From contig JBEKSU010000002.1 of the NCBI GenBank assembly GCA_049516755.1, positions 1 through 47,768 on the forward strand: a stretch of DNA of 47,768 bases. Direction: 5' to 3'. The stretch is from Verrucomicrobiota bacterium. Lineage in GTDB: Bacteria > Verrucomicrobiota > Verrucomicrobiia > Limisphaerales > UBA11358. The notes beneath the pieces were generated by a model. The model saw only the letters and a program-made list of their open reading frames with translations. It was not told the DNA's origin and did not search any database. Both the position numbers and the translations under genes were made by a program. This document shows positions 47,493 to 47,768 of the stretch, one piece after another (the stretch's first letter is position 1; every line of letters starts with the position of its first letter).

Positions 47493-47768
47493 CCTGCCGC
47501 CGGCCTGGTGTTTGCCCTTCTTTCCTTTCCCGCAACCGCCCAGGTTCGGATCACCGAGTTTATGGCCAGCAACAGTATCAATCTGCTGAACCGGGCGTTG
47601 ACCGATGGCGCGGGCAATCCGGGCAAATGGCGTTTCCCGGCCACGAATATTCCGCCCCAATCGTTTATGATCGTCTTTGCCTCCGGCAAGGACCGCGCCA
47701 TACCCGGCCAGGAATTGCATACGAACTTCAAACTTTCCGCCCCCGGCGAATATCTGGCGATGTCCGTG
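47493..47768 (+). pseudogene. Lamin-tail-domain (LTD) protein fragment, apparently degraded; runs off right edge; not in ORF track
   Basis: frame reads PAAGLVFALLSFPATA-QVRITEFMASN..LTD..GKWRFP..IVFASGKDR..LHTNFKLS..GEYL; in-frame TGA at 47490 cuts the signal peptide. Confidence 0.6.

Overview
GC-rich bacterial window. The PEP-CTERM gene, pilin-like gene, PocR-AraC regulator, 'RFYRV'-type C-terminus and lamin-tail fragment suggest Verrucomicrobiota (inference). It is dominated by anaerobic energy metabolism. The centrepiece is a 9-gene, largely translationally coupled minus-strand operon (19080->8761) with a divergent PocR-AraC regulator. The operon encodes a CBS+anti-sigma-type kinase, a DRTGG protein, HoxE/HydC, a stand-alone HATPase, a ligand-less HydD-like thioredoxin fold, a 1022-aa HoxF/HydB fused to a GltD/NfnB-like FAD/NADP(H) module, a 606-aa HoxU extended into a NuoG/HydA-like protein, a group 3d-type [NiFe] core (HoxY, HoxH) and its protease. 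Elsewhere are an acetate-CoA ligase/GNAT fusion, acs, PFOR plus a DHOD-like partner, adk, an EF-G2-like factor, a TPAT-type TRAP transporter, lspA-rluD, a LemA/TPM trio, an S8 peptidase and a DUF2723-like TPR membrane protein. Two gene remnants (AT-rich TOPRIM-like; lamin-tail), REP-like palindromes and many intergenic short-unit repeat hairpins are also present. No tRNA, rRNA, CRISPR array or transposase was recognised. All calls come from motif reading by eye; no database search was run.
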